Shown here: one piece after another, positions 38,301 to 50,958 of the stretch
Layout: each line of letters opens with the position of its first letter
Numbering within the stretch: position 1 is the stretch's first letter
Assembly: GCA_964057225.1 (NCBI GenBank)
Contig: OZ059898.1
Coordinates: 9,176,001 to 9,240,000 of the forward strand
From: Auanema rhodensis
Taxonomy: Eukaryota; Animalia; Nematoda
Direction of reading: 5' to 3'
Length of the DNA stretch: 64,000 bases
Position numbers and translations under genes: made by a program
The notes under the pieces: model-generated
What the model was told of the DNA's origin: nothing
Databases searched by the model: none
Seen by the model: only the letters and a program-made list of their open reading frames with translations

Positions 38301-41300
38301 AAACTGACGACGACGGCTACGACGTCTACTTAATGTATCTAACATTAATTTAACCTAAACCATCTACACCTCAATATTACATCAAGAATATACAGATTTC
38401 AGTATTAAATGCATTCCATAAGCATATAGATTGACCCTTCAATCTGAATTTCAAAACTTAATTCTAACTTAAAGCATATGTTTGTAAGAAAACGTTAAAT
38501 AATATACTTCAATAGTTACGAGATGCATAGACCGGATGAACAATTAAGCAACAGTAAACGAGCTATCCGGCCCATTCTTTCCAGTCACTTAAAGAGTGAT
38601 CCAAAATAACATCAAAAGAAAGAAAAAGAATTAGATCAAGTTAAAGAGAAGCTTTAAATAAAAACCAAAGAAATGAATAAATTCAAGTTACACTTCTTAT
38701 GCTTAGCATGTTTTTCAGAAATATATCATCCAAAGTTAAAAATTTGTTAAAACCAAACATGAGAATTCAAATAAAATTATATTGAAAATACTGAAAACGT
38801 GTAATACTAGCAAACAGTTATAGAAGATTCTTCAAGTTTAATATTATATCTCTAACTCTCTCTCATTCTTTCTCGTTCTAGGTTTTCAGACTGATTGAAT
38901 AGAGTAAGGAGGAAACTTTGACAAAAGAAAACACGGCATAACATATGAAAGACAGGTAAACAAACGATAAACAGAATAGTTAATAGTAAAAGATAAACAT
39001 GATGCCAAATAGATAGAGATTTGCCACTTCAAAAATAAATAAATTGAATGTGAAATCGCGACAAAAAGCCTGTCAATTACAACATAGAGACTAGTTCAAT
39101 TGTGTAACTAGGACAGGAAAATTTTTTGAAGAAGCAAAAAGGAACATCACTTTACGAGCTTCTTTTAGAAACTTGGGCTCTTACTGAATTTGCAAGCTAC
39201 AATAATAGAAGTAGAATGATCTAGATGATGTTAACAGTTCTAATAACAAGACAATAACAGAAACCCATTTCTGACTCAAAAATTTTCGTTTATAAGGATA
39301 CAGTTTTTTGAATTTACATAATCAGACAAGTTCCAAATGCAATATGCACAATTTTCCGGTTCAATATGAGAAGCTATGAAGAGGTTCAGGAATACAAAAA
39401 AAGATTAAGCAAACTGTAAAACAATCGTTTGATTAAAATATACTAGCATAAATAAAAATTATATTGTTTATAGTATGTTAAAACTTGAATAAAAAGGAAA
39501 ACATAGTAACAAAGAGTTCAAAATTCAAGTAAACCAGACCAAAAACACAGTAACTATCAGTATGAATAACATAACTAACTCTAGAATTATCTCATATTTT
39601 AAAGAAAATTTCAATCAAAGTTACATTATATGGACAGAAGAAAACGAAATGAATACATATTTTAACTCTATTTATATATTCCATAAACTCAATGAATAAA
39701 GAAACTTAAGATCATTTGAGGGTCAAGCCAAGAAAAACTATTAAGATTCCCGCCTACGGACTTCGCCTACGTTAGACTACAAAAGATCTTATGACTAACA
39801 TAGTATTATAAAGTTGTTTTAATCCATCATAAATATTTTAAAGATTATAGTTTTTCAATTATTTCAAAATCTATACCATTTTATAATTAGATCCGGTTTG
39901 TTATTCTATCAGTTCAATAACACCATAAATAAGAAGATAGCTCAGATTGATGGATATATTGGATTCATATTCTTTGAAACTGATGAATACTTGAAAGAGT
40001 ACATTATGTCTAAAGCTGTATAACTATATATAACTATATATATAGTTATTTAATAAATTATCAGTATATTTATATATTATAGTTTAGATTTGATAAACTA
40101 TTCCTACGTCTTTAAATGCCATTACTAGAAAAAAATGTATGTACATTGAACATATGTATTGGTTAAAATAGAATATCAAAATCAGCATGATTTATCCAAA
40201 TTTTTCGCTATTTCTTACACGTTTATTTGAATCTATTGAATTGAGAGGACGTAGATTGAATTTGAACATTCCGATGTCCACCTACAGATGTCGTTTCCAC
40301 GCTATTTACATGATATACGTACATGTATATATAGTACCTATCTCTATATGGAATACTAGTTTTCTAGAACGAGCTATGTTATTTTTTTTTCATCTTCAAG
40401 ACCTATGAATATACAGACACTTCATTTTGGTCTACATTTATTAAAAAGAAGAAAGAAGAAAGATATACAATGGATGAAAAAGGATGAGATAATAGAAATA
40501 TTATAGATCTCTTTTATGAATATAAATAATTTGAAATATAATATTTATATATTACTTTAATAATTAAAATGATATATTAAGTAACAAAAAGTAAAACCTA
40601 TCTAGATTATAATCGATCATGTTGGTAGGTTTTTAGTTTTGTTGGATAACTGACTACGTGCATTGCAGTAATTCTCTCTTTTACAATCCTTATTAAACAA
40701 GAGAAAAATGATTTTTTTAGTTTAGCTAATCGGTTATTATCTTTTCTTAACTATGTTAATATATACTTTATAGTAAGATATATGAATAATATTAAGTGAA
40801 ACATATCATAAATATATTTTATAAATATAGTATTTTTAAAAAAAAAATATGTGCAAATGTATAAAATACGATTTTGAATTTTCACAAAAGATTTCTATAT
40901 AGAAAGTTTGATACATCTCTTCTTTATCAGTACTGTAGTATATGTCTGTAGCTATTGAATTCAACTAACCAAAATACTTTAGTAGTTGGATTATTCATTT
41001 CCGCATATATCATGATGTATGACATTTGATAACGTTCAAAAAAGAGATTTATAATTTCTGAATCATAGATGAATTTTTCTTATTTTTTGTCTTGATTTCT
41101 TATATGAATAGTTTTAAACAAATAATTTAAAAATAAGAAAACTTTGTCTATTTATATATATTTTATAACAATATTCTTAAAGAATATTAATATCTTTTGT
41201 CAATTTTTCTTTTTATTAAATATTCATCTATTATCTAACAATTCGGTATATGATGTTTTTACTTTATAACAAAAATGAATTTAATAGTCAACATTTCATG

Positions 41301-41496
41301 TTTTCTCAAATCTTTTATAAATTTAGTATTTATTAGTTTTAATTCAATAGTAAATTAAAAGTAAATAAATAGTCAAATACATATTTCGCTACCTTCTCAA
41401 CACAATATAGCGAGATAACAATATATAATATAGTTTTGTTTGTTATTGGAAAAAAACGGAAGTTAATTCATGAATTTATTTCGAAAAATTATTTTC

Positions 41497-42306
41497 TTAT
41501 TTTGTTAAGTTGTCAGATACTTTTGATATAATGCCTACTGCTTCTTCAATCTCACTTATGCTTCTGGCTGTTACTGCTTCCTCAACTTCACTCAAAGTTC
41601 GAGCAGTTGATACGCTTTCCGAGTCAGTAGATCTAGTAGATAATTCATCTAATTCTAATTTCGGGATTACTTTGTCGTCATTGTTGGAACTTGATACACT
41701 ATCGACAGGCATTGGCTGAAAATTATCAATTTATATAAGTAATTTACATTTTAAAAAATGTGTACCGCAGTCAAATCCATTGCTTCCATTTCTTTAGCTA
41801 ACAATAAAGCCTTCTCATACATATTTGCATAATGCTTTAATACATTAAATGAGTTTAAAATTAAAATTTAACGAACTGAATCTCTTGTGTTAATAAAATC
41901 ATTATGTTTTTCAGAAGTTCCTTCTGTTGTTGCAAAAGTTACTCCGGGTGTAGGAGGGTCAGGCTAATCAAATATGTTATAATATATAAACTATATAAAC
42001 TATATATAGTATTGAAACCTTAAACAAATGCCCTAAAGCACGTGCACGTGTTTGATATGTTTCTAAAACATTTGAAACATCAAAGCAAGCTTTATGTCGT
42101 CTGGATAATCGATCTCCATGAACATTATACCACTACAAAAGTCAATTATAAAGAAAAAAAAGAGAAAATGTATGTTTTACTTCATAAATGAATATACAGC
42201 ATAATAATGAGATGATGCCGCTTAATAATGGAAATGATTTGAATGTTAGTTGTAACATCATAGATATTCCAAACATTGATAATAATGTTAAAATAGAAGC
42301 TGTCAT
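41497..42306 (-). CDS. Hypothetical protein of about 200 aa with an N-terminal hydrophobic (1-2 TM) segment and an acidic S/T-rich tail
   Basis: Five exons with phase-0 GT-AG introns give MTASILTLLSMFGISMMLQLTFKSFPLLSGIISLLCCIFIYE / WYNVHGDRLSRRHKACFD... / PDPPTPG... / HYANMYEKALLLAKEMEAMDLTA / PMPVDSVS...DNLTK*. No family was recognised. Confidence 0.7.
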
Positions 42307-42686
42307 TGTTATACTAAATATTTATAATAATATATAATTATAATTTTAAAATAATTATAATACTCTCGAGGATTTGATTTGTTGGCAGCTTTCGTATTCA
42401 TGATGTCCTTAGATATAGCCAATATGAATTATGACCAACCGCTTTACACTAAAAATTTCAAAAAAATGAATTTTCATTTTTCAATTCATTTTTATTTTTT
42501 TCACAATATCTTTATCTTTCTATTAAGAATAATAATAATATATACTATAATGTCTTATAAAATATTGAATGTTTTTGTAGTTTCCACAACCACAATACTT
42601 ATAGTTTAATCTTTTCGTTGATCAGAAAACTATATGAAGATATTGATATGAACAAGTTATATTATATTTTTTTTGTTATAATAGCT

Positions 42687-42739
<53 letters not shown>

Positions 42740-43009
42740 TAATTACTGTAAAATGATTGTTCTCATGTTCATAACCTTGTTAACACCTGTAGCATGTCAA
42801 TCACGCTGATGAATATTTTTTATTGGCAACTAATATGCATAAAAATTAAATTTATGAACTAAGCTCCACCTACTTTTAGAAAATAATTGTATTACTTACA
42901 CAGTTTTATATATACTTCTGTATGTTAGGTCAAAAAATTAAATATATATATAGTTGTTGCTATATTTTGATTATTTTAATCATTATTTATTTATTTATTT
43001 CAGATAATA

Positions 43010-43327
43010 ATGTCATCAGAATATCGTTCATCTTCATCATCTTCATCAATTGAAATTGATTCATCTCATATGTAAGTCAATGATTTTTATTTATTTATTT
43101 TAATTTCTTAATGTTAATTATAGCTCCTCAAATTTCAATTCTACTCCAAGAGCAAATCGTGCACCTATTAATCAATTAGTCAATGCTCCAAAAAAGCCAA
43201 AACTTAGTGCTCGATATAAACTTGAGGTAATTTATAATTTAATATTTAAAATATTTATTATATTTTTCATATTTAGGCAAGAAAAAATTTGTTGAGTCAT
43301 TTCGATGAGCCAATGTACAGACAGTAG
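43010..43327 (+). CDS. Orphan 71-aa micro-protein with STP, APKKP and RKNL..F motifs
   Basis: TTTCAG lies 6 nt before the ATG. Exons 43010-43071, 43124-43226 and 43277-43327 are phase-compatible and translate to MSSEYRSSSSSSSIEIDSSHISSNFNSTPRANRAPINQLVNAPKKPKLSARYKLEARKNLLSHFDEPMYRQ*. The gene is absent from the ORF track. Confidence 0.72.
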
Positions 43328-44235
43328 TAACCTCATTGTCTGTTCAACTCTTTTAACAACAATATATTCAAGTCACAGATTTTACTTTAATTTTCATAAA
43401 TATAGTAATAAGAAGAAGCTTTCATCAGCTATTTAATATGGTTTTTTAGCTTATAATGTATGTCTTTGCTTTAAAATCATTTTAAATGCATTCATTATTC
43501 GTTCTTTGCCTTTCTTTAATTTTATTTTATATTTTCTTCCATAGTTTTGCTTTTTCTTTGTCATCATAATTTTATGTTTTAAATATAATCCTTCTTACAT
43601 CTATTCTTCACATCATCTTATATATTTCTCTTACTTTCTTAACTTTTAAACATTATCCTTAATATTCTTTTTAACTTAACAAAACTATTAAAAAATAATA
43701 TTCGTTCTGTTTTTAATTAATTAGATAACTAAAGGGTGTTTTGTATTCTCTGTTCATTTAACTCATTTCTTCTTCTCCTTCTTCTTCTTCTTCTTCTTTA
43801 GAAAATTAAGTTTCATTTTACATTTTATGTCAAGTTTATTATCTGATGACTGTCAAATTCATGTTTTTCTTCTGTTAATTTTGCCTTGTTGTCATGCTTA
43901 TAGATGGGGCTAATTATTAGAAAATAATAAAAATATAATTTGAAATACGGTTTTCTTTTTTATAAAATAAATTCAAAATTCATAATTTATAAATATAAAT
44001 TTACTACATTTATTTAAAATTTTATATTTTAAATATAAGATTAATTTATTATATTGAACAGTAAAAGTTTTGAAAAAAATAAAGTGATAAGATCTTGATT
44101 TTGTTACTTTCTTTGACAAATTGTCTGTCTAGTTTATTCATGAGCATAAGGAAGAGGAGGAGAAAAGTTCATAAAGAATGTTTAAAAGCAAGTATTTGTT
44201 ATAAGAAAATTATTCTGTCTTCTACTTTTATAATA

Positions 44236-46900
44236 ATGAAATTTCTATTTCATAGCTTACTAATAATATGTATTCCGTGTTCATATGGACAAATGTTTGG
44301 TAAAGTATTATCAAAATAAAATTTAATAATAAAATATTTTATTTAGGATTTCCACCATATCCTGATTGTCAGTACACGCTTTTATGTTAAATATAACTTA
44401 TTTTAATATTACTTTAGATGGAGAACGAGGACCAGGCGGCAATCGTGGTGGAGGCCCAAGAGGGGGCCAAGGTCCACCACCTCCAATGCAAGGACAAGGG
44501 CTTCTTGGAGAACTTTTGGGGGGATTAAATGCTGATGTTCCAAACCCAAATGGTTTAAAAATATTTAAAAAATGAAGTTTATTTTTAATTTGAAGGAAGA
44601 CCCATGAACAATCCAAACAACGGATTGCTTGGTTCTCTATTGAATCCAGGTAATTTCATGATATTAAATGAATATTACAAAGTTTACAGGCAACCCTGGA
44701 AATATGAATTCACCAATTATGGATATTGTTAGAAATGTAGCTGGGCAATCTCTTTCAGTATTAGATGCATCGAAACAAGTTGATGTTTTAGGAGATATGG
44801 AGGTTATCTACATATCTATATATCTATATATCTATATATTAATATTAATATAAATTTAATTATATTATATTAGGGACTGAGAAAAGGACCAAAGCCTTCT
44901 CAACAAGATTGGAATAAACGTGCTCAGAAATTCTGTAGAAGATATCCTGGCCATCCTCGTTGTCAGTATGTAATTATTTATAGTTTCATTGTTATAAAAT
45001 TTATTTTAGAGGAGGAAAACTTCCAATGTTCGATGATTTATCAAATATCTTAGAATCACTTGGTCAAGGTGTATCTCAATTTTTACCAGGAATCCCAAGG
45101 TAATATACAAACATTTAAAGACATTTACCTTTGAGTGTATCTAAGAATGAATATTCGTGACCCATTAGCTTCTGTTAATGAAGCATTACGTGGTTTACTT
45201 GACGGGTTCAAGTTGAAACTTGGAGAAATTGATCCAAAGCATGCTATGGAGATAAAGGTTGAAAAATTTACAATTTTTATTCATCTACTGTTTAAGAAAG
45301 TTTGCAATGGACGACAGTGTAGGAAACAACCTGCTAATGCTATTCAAACTAAACGTTTAGTTCAAGCAAAGGTAAATATAACATGAAAAGAAATGTTTTA
45401 AAAATTCTTTAGATGCTAGAATTCGATCAGCAATATACTGGAAAGGGTACTGATCATACTGATAAAATTCAGTTAAGATTAGATAGAACTCAACAACTTA
45501 AAGAAGCATTACTTGAGAAAGCAAATCTATCTCATGTTGTATGATATGAATATATGATATAGATAGTTTAAAAGAACTTTAATTCAGGTTTCTCCTATTA
45601 ATGATGGAGTATTTGATTCAGATATACTACTAACTGAAGATCAATCAGTTTTTCTATTGAATGAACTAGGAAAAGTAAAAAAGAAATTTTAATTTTAAGG
45701 AATAAAGAAAATAATATTAAGGGTAGACAACGTCGAGAAATAATGAATCCTGAAGATTTTGATATCAGTTTGGATGTCAATCGTACATCAGAAGAGCTGA
45801 AAGAATTAGCAGAACGCCGAAAAAGGTTTTGACTAATACAAACTTAGAACTATCAGAAGAAAAAGTTTTAGATCAGCAGTATTTTTTGAAGAAAATGTAA
45901 TTCAACAATGGGATATGAATTCAGCAATTCCATATGTATTAGATGATTCACTTGGTTGGTTTCATATTTTGCTCAATTAATGAACTTAAATTATGCAGAA
46001 GATTCTGATAAACAAACAGTGAGAAGTGCTATTCGAGAAATTCAAACCAAAACCTGCTTGAAGTTCCGTGAATTTAAAAATCCCCCAAAGGTTCATCATA
46101 TAGTTTATTATAAAGTTGAACAACCAACATTGTATGTTTTCCAAATATATATATTTCATATAATAATATATTTAGTTGTGGTTTATCATATATAGGTAAA
46201 GCTAAAGATATGAGTGCTAATCCTATTTATCTCAGTTTCCTTTGTGACGAGGTGAGGGTTATATCATCATTCTTTTAACTATAACTGTATATAAACATTG
46301 AAGAGTCGTGGAGTTGCTGTCCATGAAACCTTACACGCATTAGGAGTAGCTCATCAACATTTACGATTTGATCGTGATCAACATATAACAGTTGATTGGA
46401 GTAATATTAATCCTCAAATGTATGATTCATTTGTGGTGGTTGATTCAAAACTTTATACAAGGTTATATTGTAATTTAGATCAAAGAATAATTATTTGAAC
46501 TTTTCAGTTATGGAATTCCATATGATTATGGAAGTATTATGCATTATAATGCTTATACTGCAGCTTCAAATGTTGCAAAACCAACAATGCTACCTAAAGT
46601 TCTTTTAATAATTTTATTTTTTTAGCAAAAATATTTATATTTCGTAGGTTGATTATCAAAAGAATATTAAGCTACTTGGACAAAGAAAGGGAATGAGTGA
46701 TCGTGATGTGGAGCTTGTTCGTAAAATGTATTGCATGCCAAGTTTGTAATTCTATCTTTAAACTTGAAAATATTTTTTTTCTAGATTGTAGAGATAGCAA
46801 TGTATATTGTGGAGCATGGGCTTTACGTGGTTTATGTACAAATCCAAATAATTCTGGATGGTTGTTACAGAATTGTAAGAAAAGTTGCAATGTCTGTTGA
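44236..46900 (+). CDS. Astacin (M12A) zinc metalloprotease with long prodomain and C-terminal ShK domain, copy A (NAS-9/10/11/12-like by recollection)
   Basis: Signal peptide MKFLFHSLLIICIPCSYG, G/P-rich propeptide, WNKRAQKFCRRYPGHPRC and DILLTEDQ. Zinc site HETLHALGVAHQHLRFDRD, Met-turn YDYGSIMHY, and ShK domain CRDSNVYCGAW...CKKSCNVC*. Confidence 0.92.
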
Positions 46901-47670
46901 TTATAAAATTTATAATCAACAGACATTTCAACTTTTTCATATATATAAATGATTTTTTAATGAATATTATATGAAAAATATATATATATTACAAAGAAAT
47001 ATATGTATTTTATTTCTATCTTCTTTTTTTTTGTTTCTTCGTTTTTACATGGAAATAGGAATGTTAATGAACCAGATTGTCGTAGAAGGACATTCAAAGT
47101 TTGACCCTACAAGTGTATGACTGACGTCATGTAATTTCAATTCAACAGAGAATAAGAGTTGAATGATCATTCAATCAGATCAGTTAAAATTCTCGATTCA
47201 ATAACGTCTAAAATAATTTTTTCAACTTTCTTTTGTTCACGAATCCGTTAAATATAATTTTATCTTAACTTAACCAAACCAAAAAGTATAAGAAACTTAA
47301 TAAAAATGTTTTCTGATTGTAGAAAAATTTGATCAGGAAATGAAAAGTTTAATAAGAAGAAAAAAGTGCAAAACGTTTTGCCAGAACAAGCTTCTGTATT
47401 CGTTTTCTGCGAGGACTTTTTAGTTTCCTTCTTGAGGATTTCATTTTTTTCTAGTATGACTAGTGATGTCACATTTACTCAATTGTTCTTGTCCGTAATT
47501 GGCAAAGAGCCGAAAAAAAGGTTAAAAAAGTCGACAAACATGGGTTATGACCTTAACTTTTATGTGAACCAGAAAAGTTCTGACAGGTTCTCAACATCAA
47601 AGACAGAGGAAGAAGTGAACGTCTTTAATGGGTTGCCAATAGATGCAACTACATTGACGATAGTTGCTAG

Positions 47671-50600
47671 ATGTTAAGGCAGTCTATGCTTTTCTTCTTC
47701 GTTTTCTTAAGCTATGTAGCAGCACAACCAGGTATATATCAGTCATTGAGCAAGAACATCTTTAATTATAGATAGGTGGAATCGAGGTGGATTTGGATCA
47801 GATCAAAATTTCGTAGGATCAAATAATCCATTTTTTCCCAATCAGGGATTTGATCGTGGTCGAAATGATTTTGGAAGGTTTCCACAATCGAGAGACCAGC
47901 CTCCACCACCTCGTGGACCTTTACCTCGGGGACCTCCTCCTATGATCATTTCACCGGTATCAAAAAAGTATTATGTATGGATTTGAAAGATATGTTTAGC
48001 CTTTCGGTATGATGGGAGATATTCGCAACCCTAATGGTATACCTCCTCCATTCTATCCAAGATTGAATCCTTTCGGAATTCCATTACCAAGAGGCCCACC
48101 TATACCAACACGAATTCCACCACCTTTAGCACTTCGAAAATACCATCGCCGTTTAAGATTCAGATTCGATGAAGCAATGCAATTGAATTCAAAGCCAAAA
48201 GATTGGAACCGACGAGCAAAACGGTTCTGTCGTCGTTTCCCTGGACATCCTTCATGCCGGTAAAAAATTATTTTATTTTAAAACATACAACGTATATTCA
48301 GAGGAGGAAAAGGACCAGAATTCAGTGAATTCTCAACTATTATTACAACAGTTTTCAAAGATATTGGAAACTATTTACCACGTGTACCAAGGTTTTCTAT
48401 TATTTCAAATCATATAACTAACAATTCATATTTAGAATTTCTATACGTAATCCATTATCAAATATTAATACAGATCTTGTTAGTGCTGCTAACTCTTTCC
48501 ATCCTATTTATGGATATGAAGGTGATGTAGCTACTAATCATATTCGAGTTAGTGTTTTTAAAACAAAAATCTGCTTAATGACTCATATTCAGAATGCATG
48601 TCGCTCTTTCAAATGTAGGGACCAATCGCAACAACAAGAAGAGTTAAGAGAAACAATTGTGACAAAGGTCTGTGTCTAAACTTCAATTTTGCTAAAATTG
48701 TTTTCTTCAAGATTTCTAATTTTGAAAAAACAGTCAGTGGAAAAGATAACATTGATGTAATTACTCTTCGGTTTGATAGAACACAACAAATTAAGCAAGC
48801 TTTATTAGAAAAGGCTAATTTAACAGATGTGGTAAGAAATTTCACAAAAATTGTATTTTTGATAACACAAATCAGGTTGTCGCCGCAGATAATGGAATCT
48901 TTGATCGCGATCTTTTGCTAACTGAAAAACAACAAACATTTTTGTTAAACGAATTAGGAAAAGCTGGTGTTGGTACAGACGAAATACCGGAACCTGGTTC
49001 CGACGACGATGATGAATTTGAAGACGGAGTTGCAAAGCCACTACCAAACGATACTAGTAATGCAGCTAGATTGAGAAGGTTAAATGTTACTTGCGATGTG
49101 TGAAAAGAAAAACAATTTTAGAGCATCAATCTTCTTTGAAGAAAATATTGTTCAGAAATGGGATTTAAGTAAACCAATTCCATATTCAATGGATGATTCA
49201 TTAGGTTATTTAGAATCAGAACTGTTACATTCATAGTCATTTCTAACGTTTCAGAAGAATTAGATAGAGAGGATGTACGACAAGCATTAAATGAAATTTC
49301 TAAAAATACTTGTATCAAGTTTCAATATTTCCCTGACGCACCGAGCGGTTATCATATAAATTATCTTCGAATAGATAGTCCCACATTGTAAGTTTTTCAT
49401 CTTTATTGATTAAAAAAACTTATTTTAAGCTGTGGTTTATCTTATATGGGAAGAACTGATCCAGCCAATCCAATCTATCTCAGTTTTCAATGTGGAGATG
49501 TAAAGAATAAATATATATGAGTATATAATACAGTTATATGATGTTATAGTCACGAGGAGTAGCTGTCCATGAGACCATGCATGCCTTAGGCGTTAATCAT
49601 CAACATCTTAGAATGGATCGTGATCAACATATAACAGTTGATTGGAGTAATATTAATCCTCAAATGTATGATTCATTCGTAGTAGCTGACTCAAAGCTGT
49701 ATACAACGTTTGTTTACTTTGTCATTTAAAAAAAGCAAAATTTATTATTTTAGATATGGTATTAAGTATGATTATGGAAGTATTATGCATTATAATGCTT
49801 ATACTGCAGCTATCAATGTCACTAAACCAACTATGATTCCAAAGGTTTATACAAACTTCTAATACCTTTCCTGAAAAGCTTTATTTTTTGATGCAAAAAT
49901 TTTTTTAACAAAGATTTCAACTTCCTGTACGTTTTTGATGTTCCCTGCCCTCAAACTGTGTTCCATTGACCTAAACAGATGTAAAAAAAAGTCTGGGGAG
50001 TAAAGGGGGTGTTTGAGAACCGTCCATCCCAGCTCCAGAAGGATCTGCTGTGCATTCTCAACACCCCCTTACTGCCTTCTAAAGCGGCTAAACCACTTCT
50101 TACTTGTTGAATACGATGGAGAAGAATCTCCGTAAACAAATTTTATTTTTCTGAAGGTTTCTTTGGCAGAAATACCTTCATTAAAATGATGAAGAAGGGT
50201 GTTGCGCAAAAGAAAAAAAACGTTCAAAGAAAAAGGAGGTTTTTTTCAAATATAAAGTTTTTAAAATTTAATGTTTTTTATTTTTATTATATTTAAAAAT
50301 ATTCTAATTTTTAAATTTTAAATTTATTTTTGAAAAATTAGCAAAATTAGAATTTTTTAAAGGGGGCCGGGAATCAATGCAACCGCCAAATATATTTCTT
50401 ATTTCAAATTATAATTATTCATTTTTCTTTTAGGTGAAACCAGAAGTTAATTTAAAACTTCTTGGACAACGATCTCGAATGAGTCAAAGCGATATAAATA
50501 TATTAAACAAAATGTATTGTAAACCAGGTATAATTTCTTTTTATATTTTTATATTAAATTCATAATTACTCAGATACGTGTAACGATAAAAACGTTTACT

Positions 50601-50692
50601 GTGGTGCTTGGGCTTTGAAAGATCTTTGTAATAATCCTAATAATAAAGGATGGATGATCAACAATTGTAGGAAAAGTTGCAATTTCTGTTGA
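47671..50692 (+). CDS. Astacin metalloprotease with ShK domain, copy B (tandem paralog)
   Basis: Signal peptide MLRQSMLFFFVFLSYVAAQP, P-rich propeptide and WNRRAKRFCRRFPGHPSC. Zinc site HETMHALGVNHQHLRMDRD, YDYGSIMHY, and CNDKNVYCGAW...CRKSCNFC*. Intron positions are largely shared with copy A. Confidence 0.92.
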
Positions 50693-50958
50693 AAACGATT
50701 AAATGTCACAGTGTACAATCAATCTTTTCAATGTAAATTCCTGATGTAAGTATATTAGTAATCAATTTCAAGATTTTTGTATGAAAGTTCATATTATTTT
50801 TTATGTAAATAATCAGAAACCATAGAAAAGAGAAACATGTATAAGTATATTATATCAACAGCAAACAAAGACTAGTAAAAATGTTTTAATAATTATGAAT
50901 TTGTCATTATAAAGGCATAATATTTATGTTTTCATCCTATCACATTCGATTAGCATTC

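Noticed and set aside
39750-39775. CGCCTACG direct repeat as a possible DNA-elimination or satellite motif
   Set aside because: Only two copies, not palindromic, and I cannot match it to a known motif.
49985-50000. AAAAGTCTGGG resembling RNase P CR-I
   Set aside because: No complementary CR-V (..TTCAGAC..) downstream to form P4.
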